Shown piece after piece: positions 10,600 to 21,025 of a stretch of 52,800 bases of DNA. Each line of letters starts with the position of its first letter. Positions within the stretch are counted from its first letter, which is position 1. A model generated the notes under the pieces. It had not been told where the DNA came from. It saw only the letters and a program-made list of their open reading frames with translations, and did not search any database. Position numbers and translations under genes: made by a program. Where the stretch lies: NCBI GenBank assembly GCA_051652765.1, contig JBOFUV010000064.1:1-52800 (forward strand), read 5' to 3'. Origin of the DNA: Microcoleaceae cyanobacterium. Lineage in GTDB: Bacteria; Cyanobacteriota; Cyanobacteriia; Cyanobacteriales; Microcoleaceae.

Positions 10600-10676
10600 T
10601 TAGATAGCCGGGAAGCCCCACATCACTTAACCCACAAACTTTGACTCTGTAAACTCAAACTTTCCTGCAATGCTAT

Positions 10677-11723
10677 CTAGAAAAACCAACCGTAGGAGTG
10701 TAACCCTTTACCGAGTAAATTCACCCCAAGGTAGCAAACCCAAACAACAACTAATCCAGATGCCGCTAGAATAGCAGGTTTTCGTCCCTGCCATCCCCGT
10801 GTAATTCGAGCATGGAGATAGGCAGCAAAGACTAACCAGGTAATCAAGGCCCAAGTCTCTTTCGGGTCCCAACTCCAGTAAGACCCCCAGGCTTCATTAG
10901 CCCAGACCGCCCCAGCAATAATCCCAATGGTGAGTAACGGAAATCCTAAGCCAATGATACGGTAACTTACGTTGTCAATCGTTTCAGCCAGGGTCAACCG
11001 TTGAGGAGAGAGGCGAGCAGGGGTTGATAGGACAGCCGGAGATTCCAGGACTGCTGTTGCAGCCAAACCAGAGGGTGCGGTTGCCAGATCCCCCGGAGAC
11101 GAACGAGGGACTAAAGACTGAGCAATAGGTTCATGAACTGATCTATCGGGGGAAGCCTGAAGGGTGTTGATCCGATGCCGGGAAATTCGGGTTCCTAGAG
11201 AGCTACCACTCAACTCAACATTCTGCCCTCGGGTGATGACCAAAAACGCGATCGCCAGCATCGAGCCGACCATCAGCGTTGCATAGCTAATCATCATCAC
11301 GCTCACATGCATCATCAGCCAATTGGACTTGAGGGCTGGAACGAGGGGTTCAGACACTTGCATTTGGGCAGGCAAGGTCAGGGTGGCAAAGGCAGCAATT
11401 CCCATGGCAACAGGGGCAGTGACAACACCGACCAATCGACTGCGACTCATATTCTCAGCAATCAAGTGAACCGCTGTGATGCCCCACGTGAGGAAAAACA
11501 AGGACTCGTACAGGTTGCTGATCGGGAAATATCCTGCCTCAATCCATCGCGCTGCCAACAGGGCAGTCATACATAGATTGGCAATAATCATCCCCGATGT
11601 TCCCAATGGCTGTAGGTAAGGAATTTTTGGAAACGCAGCCCCTACCCAGTAAATCAGCATTGTAACTAGTAGGGCAGCAAACGACAGGTTATCCAGCCCA
11701 TTCTCGAGTGCAACCAGATCCAT
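10677..11723 (-). CDS. ccsB: System II cytochrome c biogenesis protein CcsB (CcsA/Ycf5 family)
   Basis: WWD domain [39 protein letters not shown]. Confidence 0.96.
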   Translation of the reverse strand: MDLVALENGLDNLSFAALLVTMLIYWVGAAFPKIPYLQPLGTSGMIIANLCMTALLAARWIEAGYFPISNLYESLFFLTWGITAVHLIAENMSRSRLVGVVTAPVAMGIAAFATLTLPAQMQVSEPLVPALKSNWLMMHVSVMMISYATLMVGSMLAIAFLVITRGQNVELSGSSLGTRISRHRINTLQASPDRSVHEPIAQSLVPRSSPGDLATAPSGLAATAVLESPAVLSTPARLSPQRLTLAETIDNVSYRIIGLGFPLLTIGIIAGAVWANEAWGSYWSWDPKETWALITWLVFAAYLHARITRGWQGRKPAILAASGLVVVWVCYLGVNLLGKGLHSYGWFF

Positions 11724-11783
11724 CAGCAGTTCTCCTCGGTCAACATGTTAGAAACGTATTCTACTTATCCTAACGGTTCTAGC

Positions 11784-12518
11784 TCAGAGTGAGGCAGCTT
11801 TCTCCAGATGAATTCCGCATTCCTGCTTTAAACCTTGAAAGCGAGTATCTCGTTCATGTTCATCTTCAAAGGTTAGGGGGCGTGTTGAATGCCAATCCCC
11901 AACCGTGACATAACCCTGATCAAATAGAGGATGGTAAGGCAAATTGTGCGCCATTAAATATTGGTAAATATCTCGTGAACTCCAGTCTAAAATCGGCAAA
12001 ATTTTGTAGCGTTCTTCTTGCAAACTAATCAGATCTAAAGTACTACGAAAATCCGTTTGATGACGGCGTAACCCTGCCAACCAAGCCGTTGCACCCAAAT
12101 CTTTCAAGGCTCGTTCCATGGGCTCTACTTTGCGGATTTGATCGTAGAGATTGAGGGATGGGAGGTTTCCTTTTTCCCAGAGTTTACCGTAAGTGATTTC
12201 CATTTGTTGTGGACTGATCGGCGATTGATAAACTTTTAGATTCAGGTGTAGTCGTTTAGTCAAGTCCTCAGCAAATTGATAGGTTTCTGGCATGAGATAC
12301 CCGGTGTCTACCCAGATGACTGGAATCTCAGGAATAACTTGGGTGACTAGGTGTAACATCACCGCTGACTGAATGCCAAAACTCGTGCTCAACACCAACT
12401 GTTTCCCAAAAGTCAGGGCTGTCCACTTAACCCTTTCAGTCGCGTTTAGAGTGCTTAAGGTTTGGTTGGCTGTTACTAGGTTAGTTAATATTACTGAGTC
12501 AAGGGTTAGGGTTTTCAT
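11784..12518 (-). CDS. cysH: Phosphoadenylyl-sulfate (PAPS) reductase
   Basis: STSFG, DTGY, RKVEP, GYVTVGD, C-terminal ECGIH. Confidence 0.95.
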   Translation of the reverse strand: MKTLTLDSVILTNLVTANQTLSTLNATERVKWTALTFGKQLVLSTSFGIQSAVMLHLVTQVIPEIPVIWVDTGYLMPETYQFAEDLTKRLHLNLKVYQSPISPQQMEITYGKLWEKGNLPSLNLYDQIRKVEPMERALKDLGATAWLAGLRRHQTDFRSTLDLISLQEERYKILPILDWSSRDIYQYLMAHNLPYHPLFDQGYVTVGDWHSTRPLTFEDEHERDTRFQGLKQECGIHLEKAASL

Positions 12519-12599
12519 GCTATTTCTAGTTGCTTTCTACGGGACGTTTCTCTGTGATTCCTCAATGGGTCGGGGGTGATTCAGGGTTAAGAAACATCA

Positions 12600-13226
12600 C
12601 TAACAAGTGATCGCTTCTCCAGAAACCGTGCGGGGAATGATTCGACCCGGCACGCCCACTACCGTACAGCCGGGAGGGACATCTTTCAACACTACGGCTC
12701 CGGCTCCCACCTGAACCTGATGTCCCAGGGTAATGTTTCCTAAAATTTTGGCTCCGGCCCCAACGGTCACGTTACAGCCCAAGGTCGGATGGCGCTTCCC
12801 GGTTTCCTTCCCCGTTCCGCCCAAGGTAACGCCTTGATAGATCAAACAGCGATCGCCAACGATGGCTGTTTCTCCAATCACAACCCCCATACCGTGGTCA
12901 ATAAATACGTCTTGACCAATGATTGCGCCGGGATGAATTTCGATTCCGGTTAAAAATCGAGCTAGGTGAGAGATCAAGCGGGGCAACACTGGAACGTCAT
13001 ACTGATTCAGCCAATGGGCAGCCCGGTAGAAGCTTAAAGCTTGGGGGCCGGGATAACACAGGATAACTTCTAGCCAATTTTTGGCGGCAGGGTCGCGTTC
13101 CAAGGCGATCGCAAAGTCTGAAACCAAAGTGTTGATACTGTTTCGGAGTTGGGTGACGAACCCTGGAGATTTGCGCTCAATCTGGGTTCGGGAGGTGCCT
13201 GTCGTTGCTCTAACGGTTGTAACCAT
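12600..13226 (-). CDS. cysE: Serine O-acetyltransferase
   Basis: [41 protein letters not shown]. Confidence 0.95.
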   Translation of the reverse strand: MVTTVRATTGTSRTQIERKSPGFVTQLRNSINTLVSDFAIALERDPAAKNWLEVILCYPGPQALSFYRAAHWLNQYDVPVLPRLISHLARFLTGIEIHPGAIIGQDVFIDHGMGVVIGETAIVGDRCLIYQGVTLGGTGKETGKRHPTLGCNVTVGAGAKILGNITLGHQVQVGAGAVVLKDVPPGCTVVGVPGRIIPRTVSGEAITC

Positions 13227-13308
13227 TGCTTAATACTCCTTAACATTACTTTACATTTTATGACTCTGGAGGAACAGTGTGGATTACAAGAAACTGTAAT
13301 AGAGGGTC

Positions 13309-13545
13309 TTATCGATCAATGGCGGCAACTAGTGGGCTGAGTTGTAAGGGATTGCCGAGCCAGAGTAGGGATTGTTCAGGGGTCTTGTGCAGCGCTGAAA
13401 TGGCAATGATCGTTAGCGTTGTCAGTGTTGCTAAGATCAGGCGTTCACCCATAGGTTGGAATTTTGGGGCAGGCGCAGGTTGTGGGGAAAGGTTGCGGGT
13501 TAGAGTTGTTGTCTCATTTGTCCCCACCTGTGAAGTTGCGTTCAT
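13309..13545 (-). CDS. Small hypothetical membrane protein leading the cysE-cysH unit
   Basis: ATG preceded by GGAGG; one hydrophobic segment. Confidence 0.55.
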   Translation of the reverse strand: MNATSQVGTNETTTLTRNLSPQPAPAPKFQPMGERLILATLTTLTIIAISALHKTPEQSLLWLGNPLQLSPLVAAIDR

Positions 13546-13587
13546 AACGAATCCTCCAGAATTAAGCTTGAAATCGCAGTTTTTAAC

Positions 13588-13606
13588 TTTACCGTTCAGT
13601 CAAGAA
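13588..13606. promoter_or_regulatory. Putative TetR operator 1
   Basis: TTTACCGTTCAGTCAAGAA, matches operators 2 and 3. Confidence 0.6.
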
Positions 13607-13676
13607 TTGGTCAAATGGCTTCCTGAAGTAATAAAGTTCCAGAGTTCACTCCCTTCTCCCGTAGTATACCTAATTT

Positions 13677-13695
13677 TTTACCGAATGGTCAAGAA
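13677..13695. promoter_or_regulatory. Putative TetR operator 2
   Basis: TTTACCGAATGGTCAAGAA (TTnACC-N4-GGTnAA dyad). Confidence 0.65.
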
Positions 13696-13710
13696 CTAAT
13701 TTAAGAAGTC

Positions 13711-14301
13711 CTACAACGGTTGCTGTAAGACAGACAGGGCTGTCTGGAGAATTTCATCCACACAGGTTTGGCTGGGACAAAGTTTGCCCCGAACGTTGAA
13801 CCCTAAAATGACATGATAAAGGAAGCGCGCCACTTTCTGAGGCTCGGTCTCAGGGGGGAGTTCTTGGGTCGCCATTGCCCGCTCCACAGTCTGGGCGATC
13901 GCCCGTTCAATTTGTTGTGCCAGTCCTCGGACTACCTTGGCCACTTCTGGATCATGGGGAGCCAGTTCCATCATGGCATTGGCCACAAAACAGCCTCGAT
14001 ACTGAGGACAGGCGGCATCTGCGGCAGCTTTTTTCAAGACCCTGTTTAGGTTTTCTAGAGGGGAACCCGGTTGGTTCAACTGCCCTTCAATTTTGCACAC
14101 GACCGTTTGTCCATAGTGCTGCACGGCTTCTAAAAACAGGGCGTGCTTACAGCCAAAGGTGTTATACAAGCTCTGGCGCTGGATGCCCATGTGTTGCAGG
14201 AGTTCGCTCAGGCCAACGGTGCTGTAACCTTTTGACCAAAACAATTCCATTGCCTTTTCTAAGGCTTCTTCGCGATCAAACTCTAACTTTCTTCCTACCA
14301 T
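13711..14301 (-). CDS. TetR/AcrR family regulator (NemR/ComR-like)
   Basis: GRKLEFDREEALEKAMELFWSKGY HTH, SLYNTFGCK, RGCFVAN. Confidence 0.92.
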   Translation of the reverse strand: MVGRKLEFDREEALEKAMELFWSKGYSTVGLSELLQHMGIQRQSLYNTFGCKHALFLEAVQHYGQTVVCKIEGQLNQPGSPLENLNRVLKKAAADAACPQYRGCFVANAMMELAPHDPEVAKVVRGLAQQIERAIAQTVERAMATQELPPETEPQKVARFLYHVILGFNVRGKLCPSQTCVDEILQTALSVLQQPL

Positions 14302-14320
14302 ATTCTCAGATTAACAATTT

Positions 14321-14339
14321 TTTATCGATTGGTCAAGAA
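14321..14339. promoter_or_regulatory. Putative TetR operator 3 (autoregulatory)
   Basis: TTTATCGATTGGTCAAGAA, 20 bp upstream of the tetR ATG. Confidence 0.65.
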
Positions 14340-14464
14340 TGCTTAAGGGTTTCTAGGGAGTTTCTAGGAAATTGAGGAGATGCCCAAACTTTGCGGTTGT
14401 GACCTTGTTTGGTAGCCTGAGGTTGGCGATCGCAAATCCCTTTGAAACCATTCTTTACCGAACC

Positions 14465-15241
14465 ATGGCAGATCAACCAGCAATTCTAGCGTTAGACTTC
14501 GACGGGGTCGTTTGTGACGGCATGATTGAGTATTTTCAGATCGCTTGGCAAACCTACTGCCAAGTTTGGTCACCTTCAGAGGTCACTCCGTCCCCTGAAT
14601 TAGCCAAGCAATTTTATCGAACTCGACCTGTGATTGAGACGGGCTGGGAAATGCCAATTTTAGTCCGAGCCTTAGTCCAGGGGGTTGCCGAAGCTGAAAT
14701 CCTCCAAGACTGGCCTACCATTGTTCAGGGCTTGATCACGACTGAAAACTTGGATGCTAGTATTTTGGGGCCAAAGTTAGATCGGATTCGGGATGAATGG
14801 ATTGCTGGGGATCTCGACAGTTGGCTCTCGCTGCATCAGTTTTATCCGGGAGTCATCGAACGGTTGCAACAGGTCTTGGCAAGTTCAACAAAACCGTTAA
14901 TTATCACGACCAAAGAGGAACGATTTGTGCGATCGCTCCTTCAAACAGCAGGGATTGAAATGCCAGCAGGAGCAGTGTTTGGGAAAGGAGAAAAACGCCC
15001 CAAGCATCAAATCTTGAGGGAATTGTCGGCTGGGTGTGATCCTGCCCCAGTGATTTGGTTTATTGAAGATCGCATGAAAACCTTATTGTTGGCTCAGGAA
15101 CAGCCTGATCTAGATCATGTTCGCCTATTCCTGGCAGATTGGGGCTACAACACTCAAGCAGAACGAGATTCTGCTGCCCAATATCCTAGAATTCAGCTAT
15201 TGTCCCTCGATCAATTGACCCAGGACTTTTCAACTTGGTAG
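14465..15241 (+). CDS. HAD family hydrolase
   Basis: ALDFDGVVCD, ITTKE, FIEDR, LADWGYN; ATG at 14465. Confidence 0.88.
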   Translation: MADQPAILALDFDGVVCDGMIEYFQIAWQTYCQVWSPSEVTPSPELAKQFYRTRPVIETGWEMPILVRALVQGVAEAEILQDWPTIVQGLITTENLDASILGPKLDRIRDEWIAGDLDSWLSLHQFYPGVIERLQQVLASSTKPLIITTKEERFVRSLLQTAGIEMPAGAVFGKGEKRPKHQILRELSAGCDPAPVIWFIEDRMKTLLLAQEQPDLDHVRLFLADWGYNTQAERDSAAQYPRIQLLSLDQLTQDFSTW

Positions 15242-15449
15242 CTTGGCTAAGGTGTTGCCCCATATCCTTGCCCCTGTATAACGTTGCCCTCCTGATGGAC
15301 TCTGAAGTTACAGCTTCAGTTTTACAGGTCTGGTGCTACAGGCTAGACATAGAGTGGGATTGCAAGAATTGAGCTAGAGGTTGAGAGAAAAAGTGGGTAA
15401 TTGCAAAAGCCCTCTTGTGTTCTCAAAATGAGATTGCAATAATAAGTAC

Positions 15450-15532
15450 AGAAAGGCACATTACGAGGGTTTCAAGGAGCTGGAGGTGGTGTGTTTATGG
15501 GAGCACTAAACCTCCAGCGTTCTTGCTTTTTT
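15450..15532 (+). ncRNA. Candidate small RNA (long hairpin plus U tract)
   Basis: CAAGGAGCTGGAGGT...ACCTCCAGCGTTCTTG followed by T6, in an ORF-free region with an AT-rich -10-like sequence just upstream. Confidence 0.4.
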
Positions 15533-16075
15533 GTGAATCTTTTTTAGCTTGTGAAAAGTTCACAGCTAGTTGATTAGAGGGTTATTTGATTCAGGGTCAT
15601 CTTTCAAAATCTACTATCAGGGTCATCTTTTGAAAACCCCGCAACTGCTTGGGGTATTTTTTTGTAAACTACTATTATCTAGAATAAACGAAATTTAAGG
15701 GTGAATCAAAATTAGTTTTTTCAAGAAGTCTCAAGTAGGCTGTTTTGCACTTAAGAGAAGGGACTGAGGGTTTAGTATTCTACATCTCACTGAACCGCAG
15801 TATCCTGAGCTGCTAGGAACCAGCCGCGCAAGATTATTTTGATAGCCTTTAATAGTTTTAGATATTTTAGTTTTGCCGACCTAGCCTAGGAATGTGGCAA
15901 TCTTTGGATATTTGTGGGAAGTGGACGCTCCCCCTTGTTATGGAATTTCAATTGATGTTAGGTGAGAGTTCTAACTCTACAGGACTTGCACGCTTGATAT
16001 GAGCAGATGGGTTTTACACAATCTTTCAGCGTTTTCATGTCCAGAACTCGGGTTATGCTATTATTACAGAAATAA

Positions 16076-16148
16076 GGGCATGTAGCTCAGTGGATAGAGC
16101 ATCAGGTTCCGGTCCTGAGGGTCAGGGGTTCGAATCCCTTCATGCTCG
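16076..16148 (+). tRNA. trnR: tRNA-Arg(CCG)
   Basis: Acceptor stem GGGCATG/CATGCTC, D arm, anticodon arm TCAGG-TTCCGGT-CCTGA, T loop GGTTCGAATCC; CCA not encoded. Confidence 0.95.
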
Positions 16149-16816
16149 TTTATGAGAGCCTGTAACAGAGTCTTATTGGTCTAAGTGTATCCGAGAAAAC
16201 GGCTAAGCTTAGGATATTGTATTATGTCATTAGAGTAAGTGTATCTGCTTGGTTGATAGTTTAATTTGTGTTTCTAGAACTGGTAACAAAGTTTCAGGGT
16301 GTAAAGTTTCAAGGTCATCAACTGCTATTTTTGTTTGCCAGATTCCATAGGGCCTTGCAGTGCTTGGTCATAATTTTTGAGCAGCTTCAACTCCTACTTG
16401 TCAGCACATCTTCCAGTCACATGAGAAAGCTCTAAACAAAAGTCCTAGAAGGAAAGCTCTGAAGAATTGCTCTGAAACGTATTGGATAGACTTTCTGTAA
16501 AACTCCTGAAAGCAGTCCTTTTACCCTGAGTAGAACTTTAACGAAAGCTGTTGCTGAATGTGAAATATTTAGGCTCGTTCCCGTGGGACGGCTTAAAGTC
16601 ACAAGTTCAGACTGTTGTGAATTTTTCTATAGTTCATTGATTTTTCCTAGCAGGGCTCAAAATAGAGACTATTCTCAATCGTTGAACTTATTGAAAACTC
16701 ACTAGCAATTTTTGATCTTAAGTAAGTCAACAGACCAATAAAAACAAGCGTTCTGGCAAATTTTTATCCTGAATTCAAGTTATTCGTTTTTGACTTTACC
16801 CTGAAGAGTAGGTGTT

Positions 16817-18847
16817 ATGTTAATTCGACCTTTTACCGAGATTGTTTCCAGAACAACTCGTCATCTTCCCTTGCAAGCCATTCTTATCATTCCCTTCATT
16901 CTGCAAATTTTTTCAGCAGTTGGATTAGTTGGATACTTTTCATTTAGGAATGGGCAAATCACGGTAAGGGAGCTTTCATCTCAACTTCGGCATGAACTCA
17001 CTGCTCGCATCGAAGAGCGCTTGCACAGTTACACCAATGCGCCCCATGCCATTAATCGCCTGAATGCCGATGCCGTCTCTCAGGGAAAGATTTTTGATCC
17101 CCAAGGCGGAGCCACTCAATTTTTACAACAGATGCGAGTTTCTTCGTTTATTAATGGGATCTATTGTGGTAACGAGCAGACTGGAGATTTTGTCGGAGTA
17201 AGCCGTGTAGATAAAGGCTCAGGATTTCAACTGATGATCAGTAATGAGTCCACAGATAATGTCATGCACCTTTATAGCCTAGATGTTCGAGGAAATCCCA
17301 CCCATTTTCTCAGAACTGTTAGACCTTATAATCCTCGAATTCGCCCTTGGTATCAAAAAGCTCAAGCCACAAGCCAAGCTGCATGGAGTGACATCTACCT
17401 CGACTTCACGACTCAACTGCCAACGATTACAGCCAGTTATCCAGTTTATAGCAACACAATGGAAAACCGTTTGGTAGGAGTCTGTGGAACAGATGTGCTG
17501 CTCTCTGAGGAACTCCGGCAATTTTTGCAAAGCTTAGCGATTGGGAAGTCTGGAGAAGCCTTTGTGATTGACCGAGCCGGAACTTTAATTTCTAGTTCAA
17601 CAGAGGACACTCTAGCAACAGGCTTTGGGAAAACGGCCCAAAATATTAAGGCGCTACAAAGCCAAAATACCCTTGTCCAAGGAACAGCTCAATATTTAGA
17701 TCAGCACTTCAGTAGCCTGGAAGAAATTCAGGATTCCCAACAGCTCGATTTCAAGCTAGCAGGTCAACAGCAGTTTGTTCAAGTTCTACCCTTTGGAGAT
17801 CAGCACGGCTTGGACTGGCTGATTGTGTTAGTAGTTCCAGAGGCAGACTTTATGGAGCAGATTCATGAGAATACCCGTACAACCGTTGTCCTCTGTATCG
17901 CTGCCCTGATTAGTGCAATCATCCTGGGGATTTTGACCTCTCGCTGGGTGATTCAACCCATTCTGCAATTAAAAATCGCAGCCCGAGCGATCGCCCAGGG
18001 AAACTGGGATCAACCTGTAATCTTGAATCGAGCCGATGACTTGGGAGAATTGGCCTATTGTTTTAATACCATGGCTCGTCAGTTGAAAGAATCTTTTTCC
18101 ACCTTAGAACATCGGGTAGAGCAACGAACTTCCGAGCTATTGAAAACCAATACCCAGCTTAAACGAGAAATTCAAGATCGCCATCGGACAGAGGTCGCCT
18201 TGCGAATTTCCAAACAACAATCGGAGAATTTGTTACTGAATATTCTGCCCTTTAGTATTGCGGAACAATTAAAGCAAGCTCCTGGAGTAATCGCCGAACA
18301 GTTTGAGGAAGCTTCTATTCTATTTGCCGACATCGTAGACTTTACCCCCTTAGCCACTCAGCTTAAGCCGATTGAACTCGTCAAGCAACTCAATGAAATC
18401 TTTTCCGCCTTCGACCAGCTTGCCGATGAATACAACCTAGAAAAAATTAAAACGATTGGGGATGCTTACATGGTGGTCGGCGGTTTACCCATTCCTCAGG
18501 AGACTCATCTTGAAGCGATCGCTGATATGGCCCTGGAAATGCAAGCCGCAATTCTTCACTTTTACAAACATACGGGTCAGCCGTTTCAAATTCGGATTGG
18601 CATTAATACAGGCCCAGTGGTGGCTGGAGTGATTGGCATGAAAAAATTTACCTACGATTTGTGGGGAGATACGGTTAATATTGCCAGTCGGATGGAATCT
18701 CAAGGAGAACCTGGAAAAATTCAAGTGACCCAAGCGGTCTATGAACGGCTCAAAGATCAGTATCTCCTAACATTGAGAGGTGAAATTGAAGTAAAGGGCA
18801 GGGGCAAGATGCAAACCTATTGGTTAGTCGGCAAACAACATTGCTAG
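16817..18847 (+). CDS. Membrane adenylate cyclase (TM-Cache-TM-HAMP-class III cyclase)
   Basis: YNPRIRPWY Cache motif, HAMP DDLGELAYCFNTM, FADIVDFT, KTIGDAYM, YDLWGDTVNIASRMES (K/D specifiers indicate ATP). Confidence 0.92.
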   Translation: MLIRPFTEIVSRTTRHLPLQAILIIPFILQIFSAVGLVGYFSFRNGQITVRELSSQLRHELTARIEERLHSYTNAPHAINRLNADAVSQGKIFDPQGGATQFLQQMRVSSFINGIYCGNEQTGDFVGVSRVDKGSGFQLMISNESTDNVMHLYSLDVRGNPTHFLRTVRPYNPRIRPWYQKAQATSQAAWSDIYLDFTTQLPTITASYPVYSNTMENRLVGVCGTDVLLSEELRQFLQSLAIGKSGEAFVIDRAGTLISSSTEDTLATGFGKTAQNIKALQSQNTLVQGTAQYLDQHFSSLEEIQDSQQLDFKLAGQQQFVQVLPFGDQHGLDWLIVLVVPEADFMEQIHENTRTTVVLCIAALISAIILGILTSRWVIQPILQLKIAARAIAQGNWDQPVILNRADDLGELAYCFNTMARQLKESFSTLEHRVEQRTSELLKTNTQLKREIQDRHRTEVALRISKQQSENLLLNILPFSIAEQLKQAPGVIAEQFEEASILFADIVDFTPLATQLKPIELVKQLNEIFSAFDQLADEYNLEKIKTIGDAYMVVGGLPIPQETHLEAIADMALEMQAAILHFYKHTGQPFQIRIGINTGPVVAGVIGMKKFTYDLWGDTVNIASRMESQGEPGKIQVTQAVYERLKDQYLLTLRGEIEVKGRGKMQTYWLVGKQHC

Positions 18848-18863
18848 TTGCCATTGCCAGTCG

Positions 18864-20207
18864 CTAATAGGCAATCTCCCAAACGGCATGGGCGACCTCA
18901 GGACGGGTAATATCATTATGAGCCCCTTCAGCGCGATTGCCCTCCCGAATGAACTCACTGCCATCCAGGTTGTAAATCACTCCGGGCTGAAACTCGTAGG
19001 CAATCTCTCTAGGATTCATCTTTAGTTCTACGGCATTGAATCCAACTCCGCCCTGAGCCCCAAACGCCCCAACTGATCCATATTCAGGCAAAGGGTCAGA
19101 ATTACTATAAAAACTAATTGATTTTGCGAACAAACTGGCCGCATTGGCCGCCAGGGGATACCACTTGTTCAAGGCGATGTCAAACCTAGACTGAGTTGTA
19201 ATTGCAGGCCCAGAGATTTTACCCTGGGAAAAAATTCTGTGAAAATAACCCGGAGTACCGGGAGCTAGGGGAATATCCGGACAATAAGACCAATGGGAAA
19301 GGGCTCCCTGAATCAGTGCTAGGGAGTGTAGCGGACGCACCAACTGTCCTTGACTAGCCTTTCCATTCAACATCCCAGACATAACAATACAGCCAAAACT
19401 GTGGCCCATCAGGTGAAATTGAACTGCTGGACGGGCTGCCTGTTGGAGCTGGGTCAAGAGTCGAAATCCTCCAGTTTCGCCGATTTGACGGGCCCGATCT
19501 TTCATTTTCCAAAAGGACAATGTTCTCAAGGGAGCCAACACCCCACCCCAACTGAACCCTGCATAGCTTAGCGCTTCTTGTCTCGCCACCAAAAAGGTAC
19601 TGTCGGGGTCAAAGGGCTCTCGATCGGCACTTGGTTTCGCGCCCAATCCCTCACTGCCGAGGGAAGCTTCACGATCCAGAATCCGATAGGCATCCCCCAC
19701 TTCTGCGGGCAGTTGCTCCGGAGAAATATCCTCGACAGCCGCCTCAAAAACAGTCTGTAATGCCTGTCGGGCAGCCGGGGTCTCTGAAATTCGCTCAGCG
19801 TACTGATTTACCAGGTAGTCAATACCAGCATCAACTGGCGTGTCAAAGTATGGAGCAGCCGCGATCGCCGAACGGGTCAATTCATATTCCCCCCAGGGTT
19901 CACTGGGCCAATGAATGCCCACAAGACAAGGTGAAAAACCCGGACGAATTTGGCGCATTCGTTCTAAGTCTGCCGCTTGGTTCACCATAGTCTCAATCCA
20001 AGCCCCATATTGCAATCGGGCTGCAGGAACATCACTCAACCAACCATGGCTGAAGATAAATACATCTGTAATGGATGGTTGCTGTAAAGCCTCAACAATG
20101 AGGTTACTCATTTTTCCATCCGGATCATCTAAGCGTTCATTTCCCTTCGGATCAAACGCCACGAGGAAGTATTTAAGATCACTTCCGGGCACAGTTTCAA
20201 TCGGCAT
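18864..20207 (-). CDS. Alpha/beta-hydrolase-fold hypothetical protein
   Basis: FIFSHGW, nucleophile elbow GHSFG, C-terminal GAHNDI. Confidence 0.75.
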   Translation of the reverse strand: MPIETVPGSDLKYFLVAFDPKGNERLDDPDGKMSNLIVEALQQPSITDVFIFSHGWLSDVPAARLQYGAWIETMVNQAADLERMRQIRPGFSPCLVGIHWPSEPWGEYELTRSAIAAAPYFDTPVDAGIDYLVNQYAERISETPAARQALQTVFEAAVEDISPEQLPAEVGDAYRILDREASLGSEGLGAKPSADREPFDPDSTFLVARQEALSYAGFSWGGVLAPLRTLSFWKMKDRARQIGETGGFRLLTQLQQAARPAVQFHLMGHSFGCIVMSGMLNGKASQGQLVRPLHSLALIQGALSHWSYCPDIPLAPGTPGYFHRIFSQGKISGPAITTQSRFDIALNKWYPLAANAASLFAKSISFYSNSDPLPEYGSVGAFGAQGGVGFNAVELKMNPREIAYEFQPGVIYNLDGSEFIREGNRAEGAHNDITRPEVAHAVWEIAY

Positions 20208-20215
20208 AACGTATT

Positions 20216-21025
20216 TTAGGGGTGAGCATAACGCAAACGATCCAACAAAGAAGGTCGCTTCAGATTGGTGGTTGCCTCATCTAACGGCAGGCGACGGGTA
20301 GACGGACGCAGAACATTAACTTGATAAACTTTTCTGTTGGTTAAGTCAACCCCGGTCAGCCACCCACTCTTGGCATGATAGGCCCCTGTATCAATGCCTA
20401 ACCACCCCTGACCCTGAACTAACGCCCCTGGCTCCACGCCACTAAAGGTAAACGTAATCGTATGGCCCACAATAATCAACTTTTGATTGAAGTAAGGCTT
20501 AGGAATTTGATGAAACTCATTGCGAATCCAGCAAAACTCGGCTGCTGTTTGTTGTGCCAGGGGAATACTCGGATGGATGCCCGCATGAACCAGCCAGGTA
20601 TCTCCCAGATCAAGATAAAGAGGCAGGGCTTTCATCCATTGCAAATGATCTCGTGGAATGATGGCTGCCTCTTGGTAACTCGCAATAGTGGCATGGCCTC
20701 CGCCGTAAAGCCAAGCTTGCCAAGCTTGTGGATTTTGTCCTTTTTCAGGTAAGGCACTGATCATCATGTGTTCATGGTTGCCCAGAATACAGCGATAGGG
20801 GCTATTTTTAACAAACTCAACGACCCGAGCACTCTGAGGGCCTCGATCAATCAAATCCCCCAGAAAATAAACTTCATCCGTTGCTCCAGGTGCAAGCTGA
20901 TCCAATAATGTCATCAAGCCTTCATAATGCCCATGAACATCACCGATGACGATACGTCGTCGGCCAGCAGGGCTGCTCAACCCTGAAGATTGCCTACCCA
21001 ACTTAGAACTAGAACTAGCACTCAT
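20216..21025 (-). CDS. Ser/Thr protein phosphatase (calcineurin-like metallophosphoesterase)
   Basis: GDVHG, GDLIDRGP, GNHE, VHAG, GHT, IDTG. Confidence 0.92.
   Translation of the reverse strand: MSASSSSKLGRQSSGLSSPAGRRRIVIGDVHGHYEGLMTLLDQLAPGATDEVYFLGDLIDRGPQSARVVEFVKNSPYRCILGNHEHMMISALPEKGQNPQAWQAWLYGGGHATIASYQEAAIIPRDHLQWMKALPLYLDLGDTWLVHAGIHPSIPLAQQTAAEFCWIRNEFHQIPKPYFNQKLIIVGHTITFTFSGVEPGALVQGQGWLGIDTGAYHAKSGWLTGVDLTNRKVYQVNVLRPSTRRLPLDEATTNLKRPSLLDRLRYAHP

Noticed and set aside
16076..16816. tRNA-Arg as a prophage or island attachment site
   Set aside because: No adjacent integrase and no duplicated tRNA 3' end seen in the window.
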